A stretch of 42,350 nt of DNA from a virus (Duplodnaviria; Heunggongvirae; Uroviricota; Caudoviricetes). Where the stretch lies: the IMG/VR virus record IMGVR_UViG_2636415673_000001, positions 1 to 42,350 of that record; one strand, given 5' to 3'. Position numbers and translations under genes: made by a program. The notes below the pieces were generated by a model. It was not told the DNA's origin and did no database searches. It saw nothing but the letters and a program-made list of their open reading frames with translations. This document shows positions 11,284 through 22,989 of the stretch, piece after piece (within the stretch, counting starts at the first letter, position 1; the number at the start of each line of letters is the position of its first letter).

Positions 11284-12128
11284 TGCTCCGCGATTATCTT
11301 GATGGTTGTGGCAGTAAACGCCGCACCATTCGACTGAATGGTTAACGTACTGCCATTTGTGGCAAGAAAGCCGTCTTTATCCACGCTGAAGAATGTAGCT
11401 AACAGGATGTTGTCGGTTGTTGTCGCCGCATTACGACTGCTGACCAGTGTGTCAGGAACAGAGCCGGAAAAGGTTAGCTGCATTGATCTGTTGGTGGTTC
11501 CGCTGGGCCACGTCCCGACAATCGACAGCTTGAAGAACAAGGTTTTGTTCTCGTTGAACACAACCATCTTGTTGTTAACGGTGTCGAAGAATGGTGCCAA
11601 CGTGCCGGATGACGGCGTGAGCGTTTTCAGCATGCTAACAAGGTTGGTCGGCGCTGTCGGGATGGTTACAGATACGCCAGAGTAAACAACCTCTGACTTC
11701 TTGCGAGTAGTGGCATACTCCAGAGCATCGATGCGCGTTTCATGGTCTGAAACCTGCGATTCCAGCGACTGAACTCTGGTATCAAGCGACGCAATATCGC
11801 TTTCATTCTGAGCGATTCGCGTTTCATGTTCCTGAAGAGTTGATTCTGCCTGGCTGATTCGCTCCTCATGATTAACAAGCGTTGCTTCCGCAGCAGAAAT
11901 TCGCTGCTCATGGTCAGCGAGAATCACATCCTGCTCATCGTTCCTGACCTGTGCATCATAAGCGCCCTGTCCGGCCTCGTTGGCCTTGTTAGCCACGTTA
12001 CCAACATCAGTACCCTGTGCGATAACGTAAAGCAGATACGACTGCGAGAAGATATTGCGTGGAAGGACTGATGTGTCGAGCCGCGTCGCCTGAACAATAA
12101 CAGGTGTATTGAGATTCGAATCCGCCAT
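11280..12128 (-). CDS. Tail needle gp26 with divergent C-terminal region (possible knob)
   Basis: N-terminal ~60 aa match P22 gp26 (MAD..LN.PV..QATRLD...[14 protein letters not shown]); heptad-rich middle; longer, different C-terminus. Confidence 0.85.
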   Translation of the reverse strand: MADSNLNTPVIVQATRLDTSVLPRNIFSQSYLLYVIAQGTDVGNVANKANEAGQGAYDAQVRNDEQDVILADHEQRISAAEATLVNHEERISQAESTLQEHETRIAQNESDIASLDTRVQSLESQVSDHETRIDALEYATTRKKSEVVYSGVSVTIPTAPTNLVSMLKTLTPSSGTLAPFFDTVNNKMVVFNENKTLFFKLSIVGTWPSGTTNRSMQLTFSGSVPDTLVSSRNAATTTDNILLATFFSVDKDGFLATNGSTLTIQSNGAAFTATTIKIIAEQ

Positions 12129-13546
12129 TACTCAATCCTTATCTGAGCGCCAGACAGAGTGACAGGTGACTTCGTGATAACGCGCAATTTGAAGCCGACA
12201 TTTTTCCTGATGCGCCCTACTCGCTTCCACAAAACACGTTTGTCATAAACGAACGGTTCATTCTGCTCAATCATCTGCTCACGTCCGTAATTGATTCCGT
12301 CAGTGGTTGCAGAGAGAAAAAGGCGGTCGGCGTACTGCGCAACGCCAGTTGACGATTCAACCTCAAAGTCAAACACCCTGGCGTTATCAGCTTTGAACAA
12401 CGGAGTAAACAGCAGGTGTTCCTGTTGCTTGTCGTACTGGCTGCTGATGTCGAACTGCAATTTCCCGGTCACGGATTCCAGCTTATCGCCGCACGTTATC
12501 TGATTGCCTTCGTAAATGAAGTCGATAGCGCGGTACACATCGTCATACAGGCCTGTTTTCAGTACACACCATTGCGGACCATTGGCGCTTGAAGATGCGT
12601 CGTACACGAGAACATGGCGCGGAAGATGGATAATCAGCAGCTCATGCGCATCAAATCGCAGAGACTCCATCACACCATCAGCCAGTTCATCAGCAGTGTA
12701 GGAGCGGAGAATTTTCTCAATGCTCGCGCTGGCGATTGGTGATACCTGACCGGATCCGATGATGTACACAGACGGCGCACCTGTTGCCGGATTGCTGATG
12801 AACGCATACGAATCAGCAAACGGCGTTTTGCAGTAGGTTCCGGCAATACCTTTCTGCACCATCAGCGATGGCTGTGCGACATACAAAGCGGCACCAACGG
12901 TGGTTGCACCAGTCAGGGAAAAATACTCAATCGTCGATGAACCAAAGCAGACGATGAAGTCTCGCCATGTGCCGATACCGATGATGCCGTCCGGCTGCGA
13001 TTCTGCGCGATATTGTGCACTGTAGCGGTCAGGATGCGATTCGTCTTCAAGGTCAGTGATGAACCATGAATCCGTGCCGTCTTTTGACCACGCATAACGC
13101 CCACGTAAGCGCGTAATGTCGCGGACCGAGCCTAACTCATACTGCGTGAATCCGCTATCAGTAGGCCAGTTTGAGACTGTTTTAACCGTGCCATCATAAC
13201 GATACTCGACCAGTTGACCATTAACGCCTACCGCCTGTGATGTTCGACCGTGCGCCATTGATACGCGACCACTTCCTGCAACATCACCGACTTCACTTTC
13301 GCCCTTATACAACTTGCCACCACACACGCGATAAACAGCACTCTGCGCCATGTTGTACTCGACGCCGCGCGATACGCCGTTCACATCAGAACGTTTGGCA
13401 ATGCCCGGGAATGAGCGAAGATATCCGCTGCTGTTGAGGATTTCTTTGGGTGTAGCCAGCATATTCACTGGAAGATAGTCGATATAGTCGGCGTTTCGAA
13501 AGTCTTTGCCGACACCTTTCATAAGCGGAAGTTGCTGAATCGGCAT
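12128..13546 (-). CDS. Tail hub protein gp10
   Basis: 472 aa, near-colinear with remembered P22 gp10. Confidence 0.9.
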   Translation of the reverse strand: MPIQQLPLMKGVGKDFRNADYIDYLPVNMLATPKEILNSSGYLRSFPGIAKRSDVNGVSRGVEYNMAQSAVYRVCGGKLYKGESEVGDVAGSGRVSMAHGRTSQAVGVNGQLVEYRYDGTVKTVSNWPTDSGFTQYELGSVRDITRLRGRYAWSKDGTDSWFITDLEDESHPDRYSAQYRAESQPDGIIGIGTWRDFIVCFGSSTIEYFSLTGATTVGAALYVAQPSLMVQKGIAGTYCKTPFADSYAFISNPATGAPSVYIIGSGQVSPIASASIEKILRSYTADELADGVMESLRFDAHELLIIHLPRHVLVYDASSSANGPQWCVLKTGLYDDVYRAIDFIYEGNQITCGDKLESVTGKLQFDISSQYDKQQEHLLFTPLFKADNARVFDFEVESSTGVAQYADRLFLSATTDGINYGREQMIEQNEPFVYDKRVLWKRVGRIRKNVGFKLRVITKSPVTLSGAQIRIE

Positions 13547-14047
13547 TTATTCGCTCCCGTTATCGCAAGGTTCCTTCCGGTGGAAGTAATTCCAACCGTT
13601 CCACTTCGCCAACTGGTTACCGCTACCAACAGGCATACGGTTTGGATAACCGGACTTACATTTAGCGGCTTTTGCTCTGTCCATTGCAGACAGTTTGACG
13701 AGTCGCTCTTTCCCGTATCTGGCAGTGGTTATAAGTTTTGCTGACGATTCCAGCGCATAATCCGGAGCAATGCGGCAGGCAAGGTTGAAAATGACGGCAT
13801 TGATAGCGTTATTTGATAAACCGTGCTCATCGCCCGGATCCGGAGCGACATCTGCATCAGCAAAAATGTAGCCAACGTTGATACCAGGTGACACATCACC
13901 GCCAAGCCATTCAGCCATCATCATTTCAAGGTCGTTGACGCCGTCTTCCATAGACTGCGGTTCGACATCGGTTAACGTGGCATTTGATGCAACACCGAGC
14001 TTACGTAATGCTGCAAGGACTAAATCACCCTTCGTTGTCAGGTTCAT
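13547..14047 (-). CDS. Head completion / tail accessory protein gp4
   Basis: P22 gp4-like ([16 protein letters not shown]...[12 protein letters not shown]); start placed at internal Met of the longer track ORF. Confidence 0.8.
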   Translation of the reverse strand: MNLTTKGDLVLAALRKLGVASNATLTDVEPQSMEDGVNDLEMMMAEWLGGDVSPGINVGYIFADADVAPDPGDEHGLSNNAINAVIFNLACRIAPDYALESSAKLITTARYGKERLVKLSAMDRAKAAKCKSGYPNRMPVGSGNQLAKWNGWNYFHRKEPCDNGSE

Positions 14048-14255
14048 CTGCTGCCGCCTTAGGTTTTCGACCAGGCTTTTTACGCTGTTTTTCTTCTGGC
14101 TCTGGCTCTGCAACATCCTTCAAAAGCTCATCAGGATGTGAAAACCAACCAGCATCCAGATATTCCTGAAGCTCTTCGGCTTTCACGATTTCAAAGTCGT
14201 AGCCAACTCCTTTCCACTTCTTCATGTCGCCATGACGAAAGATCATGTGTGTCAT
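14025..14255 (-). CDS. Small acidic/basic-tailed hypothetical protein between coat and gp4
   Basis: 76 aa from ATG with GGAG RBS; C-terminal Lys/Pro-rich tail. Confidence 0.45.
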   Translation of the reverse strand: MTHMIFRHGDMKKWKGVGYDFEIVKAEELQEYLDAGWFSHPDELLKDVAEPEPEEKQRKKPGRKPKAAADEPDNEG

Positions 14256-14299
14256 GCTTGTCTCCAGATAAAAAAGGGAGCCGAAGCTCCCTCTGGTTA

Positions 14300-15595
14300 T
14301 CACGCAGTCTGGTTAGGCAGACCAACACCAATTGCCTCTGGTCGTACAGCACATGCTGAATACCACACAGCAATACGGCACTTACCAGACAGAGTGTTGA
14401 TATCACCCTGCGTTGCGAAGATGCCGTTAACACCAATGCCAGGAATGCTGAAGGAAGACGTTTTCATGCCAGCAAACAGTTCATGGGTTACCGGGATCGG
14501 CTGAGATAGCAGACGGATTGAGTCATCAGCCCAGAACACGTTAGCGGTGGTTGTTGCCACGTTCAGAACGTTTACCGTAGTGGTATCAGCAAGAGAGGTG
14601 TTTACGTTAGCGTAAGCCTTCTCTTCTTTTGTCAGTGACGCGTCATCCAGTGCAATCGGCTTCGGCGTGATTTCGATGTGAGTACCATCGATCACACGGG
14701 TGATTGAGAAAGTAGCATCATCAGTTAGCACGTTCTTCGCCATCTGAGACAGGAATTTCACACCAGTGAAACTGATTTTGTCGCCGCGCTTAAATCCGGT
14801 GGTGGAGGATACGGTCACCGTTGCAACACGGTTGTCGACGTTCTCTTTGTTACCATCGGTATCAAGGGTGTATGCCTGCGGCTTAAACTTCTGCGCACCA
14901 GAAACAGTTACACCAGTAGCGGTTGACTTGGTAACTGCCGGAAGTTTCGGTGAGCGAAGAATTTCATCAAAGCCAGCAATCTGACGCTGAATAGTACCGT
15001 TGCGATACGCGTCTTCAGTAACGCGACCAAAGATGTCACCATCTACCAGGTTGCGGCCTGCTTTACGGTAATCGTCAGGGTTCAGGAAGTAACTGATGCC
15101 CATATCGCGGTTGAGTTCGCGGGAGAACATCAGGCGCTCTGCATCAGACACAAAATCCCAGCCAGACAGGCCAGTAGATGGACCAATTGCGCGGGTATCG
15201 TGAACAACAAGCGAGCCCATTTCAGTTGCCTGTTTGGCAATCGCTGACTCAATGTTATTCGCCAGTTTTTTGGCAGATGCCTGGATGCGGCGACGGTAAG
15301 AACGCTCATCACGCAGGTCATCTGCACGAAGCTCGAAGAAATCGTTATCCGGATCGCCCATGTTGCATTTCACGGAGAGTTCCAGAATCCCGGTTGCGTT
15401 GCCAGTTAAATCCCAGCCAGTCTGGGTTGGCGCTTCCTGCTCAACAGGCATCCACACGGTGTTGCTTGAACGCTGCATGGATTCTGCCGGAGGGGTGTAT
15501 TTTGTCACTTTTGACGCCATTGGCGTCAGATTCTGGACGGTTTCGATGATTTCATCCAGAGCATACGTGACCAGTTGACCTTCATTTAATGCCAT
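14300..15595 (-). CDS. Major coat protein gp5
   Basis: 431 aa; strong match to remembered P22 coat (MALNEGQ...GVGLPGQTA). Confidence 0.95.
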   Translation of the reverse strand: MALNEGQLVTYALDEIIETVQNLTPMASKVTKYTPPAESMQRSSNTVWMPVEQEAPTQTGWDLTGNATGILELSVKCNMGDPDNDFFELRADDLRDERSYRRRIQASAKKLANNIESAIAKQATEMGSLVVHDTRAIGPSTGLSGWDFVSDAERLMFSRELNRDMGISYFLNPDDYRKAGRNLVDGDIFGRVTEDAYRNGTIQRQIAGFDEILRSPKLPAVTKSTATGVTVSGAQKFKPQAYTLDTDGNKENVDNRVATVTVSSTTGFKRGDKISFTGVKFLSQMAKNVLTDDATFSITRVIDGTHIEITPKPIALDDASLTKEEKAYANVNTSLADTTTVNVLNVATTTANVFWADDSIRLLSQPIPVTHELFAGMKTSSFSIPGIGVNGIFATQGDINTLSGKCRIAVWYSACAVRPEAIGVGLPNQTA

Positions 15596-16506
15596 TATCG
15601 AATTCCTTTATTCAGTTGCGCCTTGAGCTTGCGGTACGTCTCTACATCCCCTTTGTTTGCTGCCGCCTCCATCTGCTTTTCAATCGCAGAGATATTTGCA
15701 GCAACAGCGTGTCCCTGAATGGGTTCATCAGGTAACGGGGCTTCTGAAACAGGCTTGGCTCGAGGCTTGAGAGTTAAACGTTCTGACAGTCGAGTGAGTT
15801 CAATCAGCGCGGATTGCCCGTCCATCGCCAGCAACTGGCGTGTTTTCTCAGGATTAGCACCAAGGTGATACATGAGAGCGGCGGATTTCTCCGGGAAGAG
15901 GCGCATGATGTCGGCACCGACTGCTGGCGGCACCAGTTGCATGAATGCATCCTCTTTCTCCTGATAGTCAGGGATATTGAGCTTTTCCGCTGCGTCGTAG
16001 TGCTTACGGGCTGCCTCGACGTATTGCGCTGATTGCTGGGTGAACTCCTGAGTTTTGCGACCCTGCTCGGCGACAGCCTGGCTTCGTGCGTCCATAGCCT
16101 TGATCTGCCATTCACTGTTTGCCTGCTGGAAGGCAGCCAGTGCGCGGCTCTGGTCATAGTCGTACTTAGCCAGTGCGTCTTCGGAAAGATAATCGTTAGG
16201 GTCTGGTTGTTTTGGTAACTCAGGGTTCACCCGCAGGTGCTCCGGCAACTCTCCACGCTTAACCGCTTCCATCTGCTGCTCAAGCTCACGCTGGCGTTTG
16301 CGTTCGATGCGGCGACGGGCAAATTCAGCATTAGTTGCCGGGTCTTGTTTTGGTTTCTCATCGTCTTTCAGGACAATCTCGAAGCCTTCTTCCTGACCTG
16401 CGTTGTCGTTGGCATTATCGACAACTAAGCCATCAGCAGATGCCGCTGCATGATTGCCGGGCAGGGTTAATTCTTCAGAAGCCTGAATGTCGGTGGTTTG
16501 GTCCAT
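15595..16506 (-). CDS. Scaffolding protein gp8
   Basis: 303 aa; P22 gp8-like throughout. Confidence 0.9.
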   Translation of the reverse strand: MDQTTDIQASEELTLPGNHAAASADGLVVDNANDNAGQEEGFEIVLKDDEKPKQDPATNAEFARRRIERKRQRELEQQMEAVKRGELPEHLRVNPELPKQPDPNDYLSEDALAKYDYDQSRALAAFQQANSEWQIKAMDARSQAVAEQGRKTQEFTQQSAQYVEAARKHYDAAEKLNIPDYQEKEDAFMQLVPPAVGADIMRLFPEKSAALMYHLGANPEKTRQLLAMDGQSALIELTRLSERLTLKPRAKPVSEAPLPDEPIQGHAVAANISAIEKQMEAAANKGDVETYRKLKAQLNKGIR

Positions 16507-16519
16507 GATTAACTCTCTC

Positions 16520-18685
16520 TTATTGAGGTGTCTCGGCTACTCCGCCGGAGGGGATTTGAACTTGACGCATAAGATTCGCGAAATCCATGCGTTGTGAATG
16601 AGTCTGGTCTGCATCTTTAAGAAGCAGCTCAGCGTTAGCACGAGCATCTTTGCTGCGCTGTTGCTGGAATTGACCTACGAGCTTGAGGTACTCACGCAGT
16701 TCTGCCTGCTTGTCGAGGTCCATATTGTTGAAGATTTCTGCAATCTTCGCGGCGTTGAGTTGGTTTTGGGCTTCAACCTTGGCGGCTTCAACCTGAATCT
16801 GCGCCTGTTGGTTCTCTGCCTTGAGCAATTCAGCCTGACCTTGCAGAAGGATACCCTGCGCCTGAATTTGCTCTGCTGATGGCTGCTGCGGCTGCTGTTG
16901 AGCCTGCTGTACCATCTCCATCTCTTCAGGTGTTTCTGGTTTCTTCAGCCCCATCATCACCAGTTGCTTGTTCGCGTACTCCCGCATCATCTCTACGCCT
17001 TTACCGTCAAGCAGTGTGAAGTATTGCAGCATCAGCATCTGGAACTCTGGAGTACCTTGCGGAACCTTGGTGAGCAACTCCTGAATCTCTGCACGGTTCT
17101 GTTCCTTCATACTCTGGAAGGATGGTCCGACGTCTGTATAGCACTCATAGCGACCGCGAATGTCGTTGAGTGTGACCACATTGCCAGACTGGTAATCTAC
17201 AACTTGCGCATAGAGTTGAACGTCTTTCTCGCTTCCATCTTCAAGTGTCAGCGTTACATGACGAGGAACGTCATAAATATCGTTGACCATTGAGGCATAA
17301 ATCTCGCCATCACGTCGCATTGCGGTAGCCAGGTTATCCTGAAACACGTATGTCTCAAGGTCCGCCCGCATGTTCAGTTGATTGACGGTATCGAAAGCGA
17401 CCTGAGAGTTTGCCGCCTGCGCATCCACGCCAAGACTAGCCACCTCTTTCACTGCGTTGGTGGCAGCCTCAAGCATGTAAGCGTTGGCTTGCGGCACTTC
17501 AGGGTTTTCCATGTAGGAGATTGGACCAATCGGCAGGTCGTTACCGTTTTCATCGGTCCTGTTCTGCAGATAGTACGGATAGTCATCATTTCCACCGTAC
17601 ATGTATTCGTAGCCTTCGATTTGCTCAGGGAAGAAGGTCGGTTTCTTCTTCGGTGAACGAGCAACAATATCGGCGTTGAACGACATGATCATGTTACGAA
17701 GGCGTTGACCGTCTTTCGTCAGCCTTACCACTCCTTCGTAGCACTCCTTGTCACCAGCGAATGACCATTCGCCATACACTGGAACGATTGGAATATGCTC
17801 TCCGGCTATCTTCTCGCGGTCTTTCAGTATCTGCGTGCAGGTGATGATCGACTTATACACACGCCGACGCTTCACCTTGCGCTCTGCTACCTTAATGAAT
17901 CCACGATTAGCCAGGTCGTCGATGACGTCTTTGATATCCTGCTGGTAATAGCTGACCGGCTCACCTGTCAGCGGGTCGCGGTAGATGAAGACTTTCTCCT
18001 TCTTCTCTTCTACCTCGTAATACTCAGCGACGTAGACGACATCATTCGATACCCACGGAAACAGCCATGTGTCGTTCGGATTCTGGAAAGATGGCAGGGT
18101 GTCAGGATCAATACCGTAATCCTCTGCGAACTCTTTCCAGCCATTGCGCGACAAGGCGTTAATCACCGTGCAGTGCTTAGCGTCGCTCTTATCCATCTGC
18201 TTGCTGTTGGCGTCCCATATGACGTGTGAGCAGGCTTCATGGATTGGAAGGCGTCGGATTACCTGATTGTTGCTTGTTGGGTCGTTGTCTTCGTACTGGG
18301 TGACCAGACGCCATGCACCAACGCCGGACTCTATCTGCTCACGAACTCCAACGTTAACGGCAATCTTTGCCGTGTTATGGCGCATATCAGTACGATACAT
18401 CCCCATCAGCACATCGGCAGCATCAGGATTAGCGCCGTCTTTGGGTCGGAAGAGAACGTCGATAGGGTTCCGGCGCATCTCTGCGACCAGTTTCCTGACC
18501 ACCGGGCGGACAACATCGAATTGTCCGCGATATTGCAGGGTGGTGTAGTTTGATAGCCAGTCATCCCATTGCGACACTCGGCTAAAATACAGGTCATTTG
18601 TCGCCTCGGTTCTGGCTTCATCGCTCGCCATCCAGTCTGCGTCAAACTTACACAGAATGGAATTGAGTCTGTTTTCGTCGGCCAT
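16520..18685 (-). CDS. Portal protein gp1
   Basis: 721 aa; P22 portal-like N-terminus and glutamine-rich C-terminal barrel segment. Confidence 0.95.
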   Translation of the reverse strand: MADENRLNSILCKFDADWMASDEARTEATNDLYFSRVSQWDDWLSNYTTLQYRGQFDVVRPVVRKLVAEMRRNPIDVLFRPKDGANPDAADVLMGMYRTDMRHNTAKIAVNVGVREQIESGVGAWRLVTQYEDNDPTSNNQVIRRLPIHEACSHVIWDANSKQMDKSDAKHCTVINALSRNGWKEFAEDYGIDPDTLPSFQNPNDTWLFPWVSNDVVYVAEYYEVEEKKEKVFIYRDPLTGEPVSYYQQDIKDVIDDLANRGFIKVAERKVKRRRVYKSIITCTQILKDREKIAGEHIPIVPVYGEWSFAGDKECYEGVVRLTKDGQRLRNMIMSFNADIVARSPKKKPTFFPEQIEGYEYMYGGNDDYPYYLQNRTDENGNDLPIGPISYMENPEVPQANAYMLEAATNAVKEVASLGVDAQAANSQVAFDTVNQLNMRADLETYVFQDNLATAMRRDGEIYASMVNDIYDVPRHVTLTLEDGSEKDVQLYAQVVDYQSGNVVTLNDIRGRYECYTDVGPSFQSMKEQNRAEIQELLTKVPQGTPEFQMLMLQYFTLLDGKGVEMMREYANKQLVMMGLKKPETPEEMEMVQQAQQQPQQPSAEQIQAQGILLQGQAELLKAENQQAQIQVEAAKVEAQNQLNAAKIAEIFNNMDLDKQAELREYLKLVGQFQQQRSKDARANAELLLKDADQTHSQRMDFANLMRQVQIPSGGVAETPQ

Positions 18686-20185
18686 TTAAGTTCTCCGTGC
18701 GATGGGCCTGATTGGGGCTGGTATCTTTTTCTCTTTTGGTTTTTTGATGTCGCGCATCATTTTTGCGAAGCGGCGCATCATGTATGCATAGCGAACGGCG
18801 GATAGCACGTCGTCGTTAAGCTTGACGATTTTCCCGTTTTCATCACGGTGATAGAGGCGGAACTCCTCAAAGAATGGCTCACAGGTGTTGAATACTTTGA
18901 AGCGACCGTCGAGCATCATGTCTCGCAATTCAGTGATGCCAGGCTCAACAGCATTACCTCCATCAGGCCATGTTGCATGCTCCTGCAACATCATAAAACC
19001 AGCGTCCGCGTACTGCCCTTTAAGCTGCTCACCGCCGCCCTTCTCGTGCTGGTTTCCGTCATGAGGCCATGCGGTTGGCACTTTATGCGCCCATGATTTA
19101 ACAGCTCCCCACGCCTGAACGGCTGTCTTCTCTTTCGCCTTCCACACGCGTGAAACGTAGATTGTGTCTGCGTCCTTATCCCACCAAAGCTGAACCTGCG
19201 CCTGCGGGTGATCCCATCCGAAATCCATCCCGCCAATCACGTAGAAGTGATCAGGACACTCGAACGGCTGACACTTAATAGTCTCTTCCGGTATCTGGAA
19301 GATTCGACCACTACCCATCGTAGGAATACCGCGAGCACGCGCCTCTCTCTCATGCTCAGGATAAGATGCGATGATTTGCTCTTTCTGTTCGTCTGTGTAG
19401 TGCTCAGCGTCGTAGATGGTCATGTTGACCACTTTCTGCGACTTGCTGGGATTCTTCAGGAACTTGGTAACAACGTCAGACATCCCCATCAGCGGGGTAA
19501 ACGTCAGAATTGAGAATTGACCGTATTTGTTGGTACGGGTAAGACCTTCGCCATAAATGCTGTATGGTGGCTCTTCGTCAAACCACACGCCGTGGATTGT
19601 GTCACCCTGCCAGCGAGCACGGCCTTGCGAGTATGGTTTGAAGTAGCAGATTGAAATGCCATCTTCAACGCCATCAGCCGTGTGATGCTTAACCAGAAGA
19701 TGATCAACAAGGTTCGGAAAGAAAGGAGACTTCTTCCAGCTAATGATGTCCTCTTTCGGTATTGAACCGTATCCCGGTTCATCATTCTCTTCAATACGAC
19801 CGCACAGGATGCGTTGAGTCGTTTTGGTTACCGTCTCGTTTGTCTCGCCGCCAATCCAGAAGACAACAGGCTCATAGAAACGCTTACCTTTCCACTCACC
19901 GCCATATTTACCATCAGCAGGATAGCCTTTTGTGCCCGGATAACGCCCTGTAAGGTGAAACGCGACTTCAGCAGCACCAGTAAATGACTTACCAAGCTGG
20001 TTACCAGCCATAAAACATCGCTCTGGGTAGTCATGTCCGGCGTCGATGAACTCACGCTGTTTGCTGTATGGCGTAAATTCATATAGCAGGTGTGTGTTCC
20101 GGTAGTTCTCTTCTTCTTCGAGTAGCTCGAGCAACTCGATTTGCTCTTCGTCGCTCAGGTTATCAAGAATCGCGTCCAGTTCCAC
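18686..20185 (-). CDS. Terminase large subunit gp2
   Basis: 499 aa, P22 TerL-like; overlaps 3' end of TerS. Confidence 0.95.
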   Translation of the reverse strand: MELDAILDNLSDEEQIELLELLEEEENYRNTHLLYEFTPYSKQREFIDAGHDYPERCFMAGNQLGKSFTGAAEVAFHLTGRYPGTKGYPADGKYGGEWKGKRFYEPVVFWIGGETNETVTKTTQRILCGRIEENDEPGYGSIPKEDIISWKKSPFFPNLVDHLLVKHHTADGVEDGISICYFKPYSQGRARWQGDTIHGVWFDEEPPYSIYGEGLTRTNKYGQFSILTFTPLMGMSDVVTKFLKNPSKSQKVVNMTIYDAEHYTDEQKEQIIASYPEHEREARARGIPTMGSGRIFQIPEETIKCQPFECPDHFYVIGGMDFGWDHPQAQVQLWWDKDADTIYVSRVWKAKEKTAVQAWGAVKSWAHKVPTAWPHDGNQHEKGGGEQLKGQYADAGFMMLQEHATWPDGGNAVEPGITELRDMMLDGRFKVFNTCEPFFEEFRLYHRDENGKIVKLNDDVLSAVRYAYMMRRFAKMMRDIKKPKEKKIPAPIRPIARRT

Positions 20186-20651
20186 GGTTGAATAGCTCCT
20201 TGATACGAGAGCGTCGCTTATCGCGATCTCCCTTATCAGGTGTCACGTCTTCAACTTGCGACTGCTCTTTGAGGCCCAAATCACGGGCGATGATGTTAGC
20301 GTTGAGAAGGTCAGCGGCTGCGCCAGAGAATTTCTGATCGTAGATGACCTGCTCTGCTCGCGTAACGACTTCAGATAAATCTTCTCTCAGGCGATATGTG
20401 CGCCATGTTTCAAGCGTCACATCAATGAACAGAGTGAGGCCGGTAATGGTCATCGCTCGCATCTTGGCGATAGGTTCTTGTATCACTTCACCCTGATACG
20501 AGAACGCCTTCATCTCCCATAGCGGGTTAGCTTCCACCCACTCGAAGTATTCACAACAAGCAGCCCACAGCGCCTCAGGCGATTCGAATTTAGGGTTTCG
20601 CCCATGACTACTGCGGGCCTCCCAAAATCGGTTGCCCTTTGGTGCTGCCAT
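20163..20651 (-). CDS. Terminase small subunit gp3
   Basis: 162 aa matching P22 gp3; contains pac sequence. Confidence 0.95.
   Translation of the reverse strand: MAAPKGNRFWEARSSHGRNPKFESPEALWAACCEYFEWVEANPLWEMKAFSYQGEVIQEPIAKMRAMTITGLTLFIDVTLETWRTYRLREDLSEVVTRAEQVIYDQKFSGAAADLLNANIIARDLGLKEQSQVEDVTPDKGDRDKRRSRIKELFNRGTGRDS
20361..20384 (-). other. pac: pac site (headful packaging initiation)
   Basis: Minus-strand gaagatttatctgaagtcgttacg inside the TerS gene, matching the P22 pac consensus as remembered. Confidence 0.7.
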
Positions 20652-20745
20652 ATTGATTATTTCCCTTCTGCTTGCTTATCCCATTCATCGCGGAATTTGG
20701 ATGGGTTGTCGAAGCCCTGAGAGCCTGAACAAACTTTGATTACCA

Positions 20746-20940
20746 TTACTTAGCTCCTTCCTGCTTGCCTGTGTTTGATGTCGTTTCAGCAGCAGCCCCA
20801 GAGCAATTAATGCTACCCGCAACACCATATCCATAACCAGTCTTGAAGAAATTGTTGCCAGTAAATTGGTTAACAATCTTCCCGCAGCACGGGCAGCGTT
20901 GGCATTGGCAATAAGGGGATTGATTATTCCAGTGATACAT
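20746..20940 (-). CDS. Small Cys-rich hypothetical protein
   Basis: 64 aa from internal ATG; CQCQRCPCCGK cluster; overlaps neighbour start. Confidence 0.35.
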   Translation of the reverse strand: MYHWNNQSPYCQCQRCPCCGKIVNQFTGNNFFKTGYGYGVAGSINCSGAAAETTSNTGKQEGAK

Positions 20941-21313
20941 CTTGTTTCTCCTGAATGAATGGCAGGAAGTGATTAACCATCCTGTCCAGCATGTAACAGT
21001 ACGTCTCGTTGGCATCTTCAGGGCTTGTCGTCACGCCGACATCAGAGCAAACGTAAAAGCAGACGTGGGCGCACTCATGAACGAGCGTAGCGATCTGCTG
21101 ATCGAATACTCCAATCAGATAGCATCGCTCACCCGTATCAGTGTTTTCATAGTTGCTTGCAAGCCCAAGATTGAATGGCTTCTCATCCCCGCTGCCGCCA
21201 AGGAATTTATCAGCGTGCTGAAACTGTTCTCTGGTTGTTGCGAGGTAGACGTGTGCACTTTGAAACAGCGGAATGGTGAACGCCGGGAGTTTGTGCCATT
21301 TGGCCTTAGCCAT
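20924..21313 (-). CDS. Small HExxH-motif protein, paralog of 5903..6268
   Basis: 129 aa; HECAH motif and shared blocks with 5903..6268. Confidence 0.6.
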   Translation of the reverse strand: MAKAKWHKLPAFTIPLFQSAHVYLATTREQFQHADKFLGGSGDEKPFNLGLASNYENTDTGERCYLIGVFDQQIATLVHECAHVCFYVCSDVGVTTSPEDANETYCYMLDRMVNHFLPFIQEKQDVSLE

Positions 21314-21314
21314 A

Positions 21315-21557
21315 TCACACTCCAGCGGTGAACAGGTCTAACGCTTCCTTCGATTTACGCACCGCTTCAAATGTGCGGATCGTGATATCCGAATTAGCGC
21401 CGCCTGACTGGAAGTGAATTTTGAATAGCTCAAGCTTCAACTCGTCAGTGCCAATGAACTGAAATGCTTCTTCTGCGGCTGCGTTCTGGTTCATGACCAG
21501 TTTGTAAATCTCTAACTGGAATTTCTGTTCTTCAGTCATGGGAATAATCTCTGCCAT
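21315..21557 (-). CDS. Hypothetical protein
   Basis: Start placed at ATG with GGAG RBS (MAEIIPMTEEQ...); coupled to downstream HExxH gene. Confidence 0.5.
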   Translation of the reverse strand: MAEIIPMTEEQKFQLEIYKLVMNQNAAAEEAFQFIGTDELKLELFKIHFQSGGANSDITIRTFEAVRKSKEALDLFTAGV

Positions 21558-21704
21558 TGTTGGCTCCATTTATCCGTTAAAAGGGATATCAGTTAAGTTA
21601 TCCCGTGTAGGGTATAAGCCATTATCAAAGCCACTCTGTAGGGAATGGCTTTTGTGATGGCAATAAAAAAGGCCGCCTGAGCGACCTTTCATTTTTCATC
21701 CGTT

Positions 21705-21923
21705 TTAATCATCTGGGTAATTAAGCGGCATCCAGTGTGTAACCTTGCTTGCTCCTGAATCGATGAATGCCTTGGTTCTCTGCCAGTAAGAGCCCATACA
21801 TGATAGTTTGAACACGTCACCAGTATCAGTAAGAGCTATAACCTCTTTAGACCACATTCCTTCTTTGCTTTCTGGTAGCCGGTGTTCAACATTGACCCAT
21901 TGGTTTCCGTTATCATCCATCAC
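21705..21923 (-). CDS. DUF551-like small protein
   Basis: 72 aa; C-terminal W-MPL-P motif shared with C-terminus of 38333..38878; followed by hairpin plus U-run near 21665..21695. Confidence 0.55.
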   Translation of the reverse strand: MMDDNGNQWVNVEHRLPESKEGMWSKEVIALTDTGDVFKLSCMGSYWQRTKAFIDSGASKVTHWMPLNYPDD

Positions 21924-22159
21924 AACCTCGTCTTGTTGTTCGCCATAGATTCAGTGGCAGGCGGTGACGAGTCCGCTTTTCGGGAGCTACCCTAGCCACT
22001 GCTTGATTCTATCCGATGTCTTTCCATCAGTCCGCCACCACAAAGAATCTTTTTTGCCATAAGGCTGGAGGTTCATCTTTCAGTGGCTGCCAGTGTTATT
22101 TCCCCACTTACTGGCTTGGGTTGTTTCGTGGTACTGCTGTTAATTAGTGAGTCCTGGGA

Positions 22160-22645
22160 TTATTTCAGTTCGTTACCAGGAATTTCTTTTAGCTCTTTCA
22201 AATGACAACGATTGAGGCTAAACCACTCCCCGTGCGACCTATAGTTGTAATATTTTTGGTGCAATTTGGTTTCAAGCTCTCTATCGGCCGGAATCTTTGC
22301 AATTAGATTTAGCTTCCCACCACTCATGCGAGATATCTCTGAAATTCGTTTATTAACCCTGCGACTAAACCCTATTTTTGTTAGCCCACTATCTTCAGCA
22401 TGCAGAACGTACACATATGATTTTTGCGAAGCACTGGGTGCGACTTTGTTGTAATTAATCATGTCAAACATGAAGCCTTGCTTTAGCAAAGTTTCAAAAA
22501 AGATAGAATTAACACACCCATTCCTTCTCAGCTCTGCACTTAGCTTGTCAATTTCCTCTATGATGTCGCCAGACCCCTTTCCACTTATAAGAAAATCTTG
22601 GTACATGCGACCAATTCTTGAGGTAATTTCAACAAAGTTATTCAT
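22160..22645 (-). CDS. T5orf172 / GIY-YIG-like domain protein (putative nuclease), AT-rich moron
   Basis: 161 aa; motif YVYVLHAEDSGLTKIGFSRRVNKRISEI...GEWF typical of T5orf172-type GIY-YIG domains; AAGGT RBS. Confidence 0.6.
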   Translation of the reverse strand: MNNFVEITSRIGRMYQDFLISGKGSGDIIEEIDKLSAELRRNGCVNSIFFETLLKQGFMFDMINYNKVAPSASQKSYVYVLHAEDSGLTKIGFSRRVNKRISEISRMSGGKLNLIAKIPADRELETKLHQKYYNYRSHGEWFSLNRCHLKELKEIPGNELK

Positions 22646-22790
22646 AGCGTTTACCTTTTAGAAAGATGAGCCTGTTCGCACAGAAAAGCCGCCCCGAGAT
22701 GGTCGCCACCATATACGGCAGTTCTCAGGCTCAGCTTTCTGAAAGACTCGGGATTGTTACGCGCTGCGATGCGCGGTTTACTGCAGATGT

Positions 22791-22815
22791 AAAAAAGCCC
22801 CGCAAATGCGAGGCT
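22791..22815 (-). terminator. Intrinsic terminator downstream of Rz/Rz1
   Basis: Minus-strand agcctcgc-attt-gcggggct hairpin (one mismatch) followed by UUUUUU. Confidence 0.55.
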
Positions 22816-22989
22816 AAATCTTGGTATTTGTAATGAACTGGCTCTTATCTCAACGCAGCCCCTTACCGCGCGCCAGATGCTCAATATCAAGCATCAGCAA
22901 TGAGATGTTTAATCTGGATTCACTCCAGAAGTGATCACCACCCTGTCTACAGAGCCAGATGTGAAGGATGATGAGTAAAATTATCGCTA

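Noticed and set aside
16598-18553. Many plus-strand ORFs of 60-140 aa in the track overlapping the portal, terminase, coat and ejection genes
   Set aside because: They lie antisense to long, well-supported minus-strand genes with strong homology, lack RBS and show low-complexity composition; treated as frame shadows. The same applies to the other antisense or overlapping track ORFs inside confidently called genes.
22666-22833. 55-aa plus-strand ORF with an HTH-looking segment (ATIYGSSQAQLSERLGIV) after Rz
   Set aside because: It starts only 20 bp from the divergent T5orf172 start with no RBS, and runs across the minus-strand terminator hairpin at 22791..22815; most likely spurious.
22651-22890. 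79-aa minus-strand track ORF between Rz and the T5orf172 gene
   Set aside because: Reads through the terminator hairpin, has no RBS and a low-complexity Arg/Ala-rich translation; regarded as noncoding.
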